Made by a program: the position numbers and the translations under genes. Source: an uncultured Candidatus Binatia bacterium (lineage in GTDB: Bacteria; Desulfobacterota; Binatia; Bin18). Taken from it: a DNA stretch of 64,000 bases. Positions 60,358-64,000 of the stretch are shown piece by piece. Within the stretch, counting starts at the first letter, position 1; every line of letters starts with the position of its first letter. The stretch is from the NCBI GenBank assembly GCA_965200965.1, contig OZ241744.1:2048001-2112000 (forward strand), in the 5' to 3' direction. The notes beneath the pieces are model-generated. The model had not been told where the DNA came from, ran no database searches, and worked only from the letters and a program-made list of their open reading frames with translations.

Positions 60358-61254
60358 GTGTCAGACCCGTACCCAATCAATGAAGTGCAACCGGAATGGC
60401 TCCTTGGACCCGAGGCAATGGGGAGCAAGACAAAGGTCTGGTACCGCTCTCCAGAGCAGCAAGCAAACCCCTGGCTCTTCAAATGGCCCCAACCACAGAC
60501 CGGGCAGCATTGGGCAGAAAAAATCGCCGCCGAGATCGCGGCTCTCCTGGCAATTCCACATGCGAGAGTAGAATTAGCGGTGCTTTCAGAGCAGCGAGGC
60601 TCGGTGACTGAATCGTTCGCCCGCGGCGGTCGGGAATTGATCCACGGCAAGCAGATGTTGGCGGGAGTCGTGCATGGATACGATCCCGAGAAAAAATTTG
60701 GTCAATCGAATCATACCCTGGCGAATATCTGGCGGGTCATGGACCGTGTGTTTGTCAGGCCCGAAGCTGCAAGACGGGCCAAACTCCGCATGGCAGAGTA
60801 CATGGTTCTGGATGCGATTATTGGCAACACGGACCGCCATCATGAGAACTGGGGCGTACTTCGAAAGCGCCCGGGTATTCGTTGGAGGGGTATTATGGTA
60901 GCACCATCGTTCGATCACGCCTCCTCGTTGGGTCGGGAACTCCTGGATACCCGCCGGGAGAGGCTGCTGACAGAGAATCGCGTGGGCGATTATGCCGAAA
61001 AAGGGCGTGGCGCGCTTTACTGGTCGGAGGATGAACGGCACGGCCCGAGTCCGCTGGAATTCGTAAGGCGGGCGGCTCACAAGTATCCAGACCTTTTCCG
61101 ACAAGCGAGCCAGAAGCTTGAAAGAGTAGACGAAGCTGAGCTGGGCCAAATTGTCAGTCGTATTCCCTCTAAGTGGATGACCCCTGTGTCCCGGGAGTTT
61201 ACTCTCGCGCTGGTACGCTATGATTTTGAGCAATTACAGGAGGTTTTCCGATGA
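60358..61254 (+). CDS. HipA/CtkA-like Ser/Thr kinase
   Basis: GSKTK.W, LFK, EKIA, DAIIGNTDRHHENWG and APSFDH.SSL. Confidence 0.85.
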   Translation: MSDPYPINEVQPEWLLGPEAMGSKTKVWYRSPEQQANPWLFKWPQPQTGQHWAEKIAAEIAALLAIPHARVELAVLSEQRGSVTESFARGGRELIHGKQMLAGVVHGYDPEKKFGQSNHTLANIWRVMDRVFVRPEAARRAKLRMAEYMVLDAIIGNTDRHHENWGVLRKRPGIRWRGIMVAPSFDHASSLGRELLDTRRERLLTENRVGDYAEKGRGALYWSEDERHGPSPLEFVRRAAHKYPDLFRQASQKLERVDEAELGQIVSRIPSKWMTPVSREFTLALVRYDFEQLQEVFR

Positions 61255-61994
61255 GCGAGACAACATTATTCCTGGCCTGGCAGGACAAAAGACGGGAAAG
61301 CCGGCCCTGGTTTCCGGTCGGCCGGCTTGACGCGGATGTCGAACGCTCGCTCTATCGCTTCCGCTACACAGGCGGGGCAGAACGGGCGCAGAAAGAGGCA
61401 GGGTTTCCGCTGTTGATCGAGTTTCCCAGCCTGAAAGAGAATTATCAGTCTTCGGAGCTCTTTCCGCTCTTCCAGAACCGGGTGATGAATCGGGCAAGGC
61501 CGGACTTCGCCTCCTATCTTCGCACCCTTGGCTTGGCCGAGGGGGCCGACCCGATTGAGATCCTGTCGGCAAACGGAGGCCAGCGGGTAACAGACGCCTA
61601 TGAGGTTTTTCCGAAGATCAGGAAGGACGGGAACGGACGTTTCAGCTGCCGCTTCTTTCTGCACGGCTGGCGACACATCACTCCATCGGCCCGGGAGCGG
61701 ATTGACCGCCTCCAGCCAAAAGAAAACCTGTACATTACCCTGGAGTTGACCAACCCGGCGACCGGGCTGGCGGTCCAAATTCAGACGACAGACTATCATA
61801 TGCTTGGCTGGGCACCGCGTTATCTCGCAGCCGACCTGACAGCGGCAATGGTCAAGCGGCCCCCTGAAGCGGAGGTCGTGCAGGTGAACCCCCAACCCGC
61901 TCCGTCAAAGCAGCGCCTTTTGATTGAAATACGCGGCTGCTGGGACAACTACGATCCGATGGCAGGCAAAGATTTCACACCGCTGGTTGCCTAG
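61251..61994 (+). CDS. HipS/HipA-N-like plus HIRAN domain protein
   Basis: L.WQ..W.PVGRL, Y.F.Y and ELFPLF.NR (HipA-N-like); F.LHG.R, E..NP..AV and LGW.PRY (HIRAN-like); ATGA overlap with the kinase. Confidence 0.72.
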   Translation: MSETTLFLAWQDKRRESRPWFPVGRLDADVERSLYRFRYTGGAERAQKEAGFPLLIEFPSLKENYQSSELFPLFQNRVMNRARPDFASYLRTLGLAEGADPIEILSANGGQRVTDAYEVFPKIRKDGNGRFSCRFFLHGWRHITPSARERIDRLQPKENLYITLELTNPATGLAVQIQTTDYHMLGWAPRYLAADLTAAMVKRPPEAEVVQVNPQPAPSKQRLLIEIRGCWDNYDPMAGKDFTPLVA

Positions 61995-62701
61995 TGCGAA
62001 ACGATCGGTTCCAGGTCTGCATAGACACAGGTCCCGCCGGGCGGGCGCGGAACCGGCCGCCCCGGGCGGGCCCTGATGGGTGTACCGAACATTGGGCCAT
62101 CAAGCACACAGGTATGGAACTCGCCGTTTTCGCCCAGGGGGTCAACCCCGGACGGCAGGTCGGCGAGGAAGTCGCGGTCGAACCAGCGGCCGGCGAACCT
62201 GGCGTCAAGCCGGTCGGTGTCCACCACGGTCACAATAGCGCGCAGGCCGGCGGCGACCATCCGCTCGGCTAAGGCCGCGGTCGGCTCGCCCCAGATGGGG
62301 AAAATCGGCCTGAACCCGCTCCCCTGGAACTGCGCTTGGCGGTACTCACGGATGTCGTCCAGGAACAGGTCGCCGAAGGCCAGCGTTGTCGCACCACGGT
62401 CAGCCGGCAGGCCGCGCACGCGGTCGAGAAAAACGCGCATCGCTCCCTCATAGGCCCCGTTCGGGCAGGGGGACGGGAGGGGGATTTCGTACACCGGCAG
62501 CTTGAGACGCCGGGCCTGGAGGCGCAGGACCGACAGGGGAGTGGCCTGAACCGCCACCCGGCCGAGTGTGGGGTTCACCGTGGTAAAAATGCCGCGCACA
62601 TCGTAAGCGTCGGGCTGCGAGCGCAGCGTGTGCAACGCCCAGGCCGCGTCCTTGCCCGAGGACCAGGAGACAAGCACCGGGAGGGGGTTTGGGTCTGGCA
62701 T
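61991..62701 (-). CDS. PP-loop ATPase (Dph6/MJ0570-related adenine nucleotide alpha hydrolase)
   Basis: SWSSGKDA, FGDLFL.DIR.YR and DPLGENGEFHT. Confidence 0.85.
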   Translation of the reverse strand: MPDPNPLPVLVSWSSGKDAAWALHTLRSQPDAYDVRGIFTTVNPTLGRVAVQATPLSVLRLQARRLKLPVYEIPLPSPCPNGAYEGAMRVFLDRVRGLPADRGATTLAFGDLFLDDIREYRQAQFQGSGFRPIFPIWGEPTAALAERMVAAGLRAIVTVVDTDRLDARFAGRWFDRDFLADLPSGVDPLGENGEFHTCVLDGPMFGTPIRARPGRPVPRPPGGTCVYADLEPIVSH

Positions 62702-62764
62702 GAACATCCTCGTCGATTTGCCGGTTTTGGACGGGGCGTACCAGGAGGCATCAGAGGGCACGCC

Positions 62765-63082
62765 CTAGAGCAGCTTGACCAGGGCGACAATCAACCCGCT
62801 CTGCGCAATCAGAGCGCCGAACAGCCATTTCAGCAGGTCGGACTTGAGGGCTTCGACATTCGCCCTGGTTTCCTGCCGCAGCGCCTCAATACTGGTTCCG
62901 GTCTCTTGCCGCAGGGCTTCGATATTCCGCTGGATGAGCGCAATATCGGCCTTGGTCGCCAAGTTGCCGTCAAGCAACTTGATCTGCTCAATAGCCAGGG
63001 CTTCGGCCTGTTTTTCGGTAAAGCCGTTCTCCGTCAGGTGTTTGACAAACCTGTGGGTGTCAAAGGCCAGGGCTTCACTCAT
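62765..63082 (-). CDS. CCDC90/DUF1640 family coiled-coil membrane protein (105 aa)
   Basis: FDTHRFVKHL...GFTEKQAEAL, LATKAD and KW + TM; promoter TTGCAG-17-TAGAAT with 6 nt to the ATG. Confidence 0.85.
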   Translation of the reverse strand: MSEALAFDTHRFVKHLTENGFTEKQAEALAIEQIKLLDGNLATKADIALIQRNIEALRQETGTSIEALRQETRANVEALKSDLLKWLFGALIAQSGLIVALVKLL

Positions 63083-63472
63083 GGGGAAATTCTAATTGAC
63101 CGCCTCCCCGGCTGCAAGCTCGCGTGTGAACGGCTGCTGTCGCTGTCATGGCCTGATGACACGCAGTCTGAAATCGGGCGTCGCGTCCATGCAGGCAGTG
63201 ATCCCTACCCCTCCAGCGGCACTTGAGGTCTGTACCGGGGGTGAAAGCTGTGGTATTCCAGATGGCTGCACCTTTTCACAATGTAGTGAACGCTCCCCTC
63301 AGGTTGGGGATGGGCGTTCATGTACACGCGACATTCAAGAGAAGACCGTGCCGGAACGGCCGGTGGCCGAATCCAGCAGCGCCCGGAATCCAGAATCCCG
63401 GGCTCAGCGGAATGATACACTGGCCCAAGGCCGCGACAGGTCCTGGTTTTCCGGTTGAGGCGCGGAACCGGC

Positions 63473-64000
63473 GTGCTGTTTCTGCTAGGTAAAATCCTCA
63501 CCCCGCTCGTCCTGCCGCTCGGGCTTGCCCTTGGCGCGGGATTGCTCGCCCTGGCGTCGCTGGCGCGTGGCCGGTCGCGCACCGCAGCCGGGCTGCTGGC
63601 CCTCAGCCTGGTCTGGCTCTGGGGCTGGTCAACACCGCTCGTCAGCGGTGTCCTCAGCAGAACGCTGACCGCCCGCTACCCGCCCCAGCGCGCAGAGGTC
63701 CTGCCGGCCGCGGACGCGATTGTGCTGCTCGGGGGCGGCGTCCACCCAATCACGGGTGATATGGCCTCCCCCGATATGAGAGCCGCCGCGGACCGGGTCT
63801 GGCACGCCGCGCGACTGTATCAGGCCGGCAAGGCACCACTGATCCTTGCTTGCGGCGGGAAGGTGTGGGACAGCCCCAATACTCAACCCGAGGCAGACGC
63901 CATGCATACCCTGCTCAACGCATTCGGCGTACCGGACAGCGCCATCGTCACCGAGAGCGCGAGCCGCAACACCCGGCAGAACGCCGTACTCAGCGCCGGA
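63473..64000 (+). CDS. YdcF/ElyC (DUF218) family protein, runs off the window end
   Basis: Two TM segments, then AIVLLGGG, DR...A.LY, EADAM and E..SRNT..NA. Confidence 0.85.
   Translation, partial: MLFLLGKILTPLVLPLGLALGAGLLALASLARGRSRTAAGLLALSLVWLWGWSTPLVSGVLSRTLTARYPPQRAEVLPAADAIVLLGGGVHPITGDMASPDMRAAADRVWHAARLYQAGKAPLILACGGKVWDSPNTQPEADAMHTLLNAFGVPDSAIVTESASRNTRQNAVLSAG

Noticed and set aside
63096-63470. Short ORFs between the DUF1640 gene and the YdcF gene
   Set aside because: No recognisable motif or convincing start signal.
1-64000. tRNA, rRNA, integrase or transposase genes
   Set aside because: None recognised in the window.

Overview
GC-rich bacterial chromosomal segment. Housekeeping genes (dacB, purE/purC/purM, gloB, pdhA/pdhB, recN, nadK, rarA, minCDE) are mixed with many catabolic or redox enzymes: two CaiB/BaiF CoA-transferases, LLM oxidoreductases, amidohydrolases, MDR dehydrogenases, GSTs and an epoxide hydrolase. 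The main accessory block (about 15.3-28.9 kb) is a complete Myxococcus/cyanobacterial-type I-B CRISPR-Cas locus (cas6-cas3-cas8-cas7-cas5-cas4/1-cas2) with a 23-repeat array. An antisense CCDC90/DUF1640-like repeat coiled-coil gene sits between cas5 and cas4/1, cas8 carries a probable internal Cas11 start, and a truncated Dam-type methylase abuts the last repeat. The best candidate for an undescribed system is a tightly coupled ergothioneine-type operon (53.9-59.3 kb): ATP-grasp ligase, egtC, egtB, egtD and an asparaginase-family gene, with no egtA or egtE. The window also holds a HipA-like kinase plus HipS-HIRAN pair, several pseudogenes and repeated leaderless-type promoters. All calls come from reading motifs by eye; no database searches were run.
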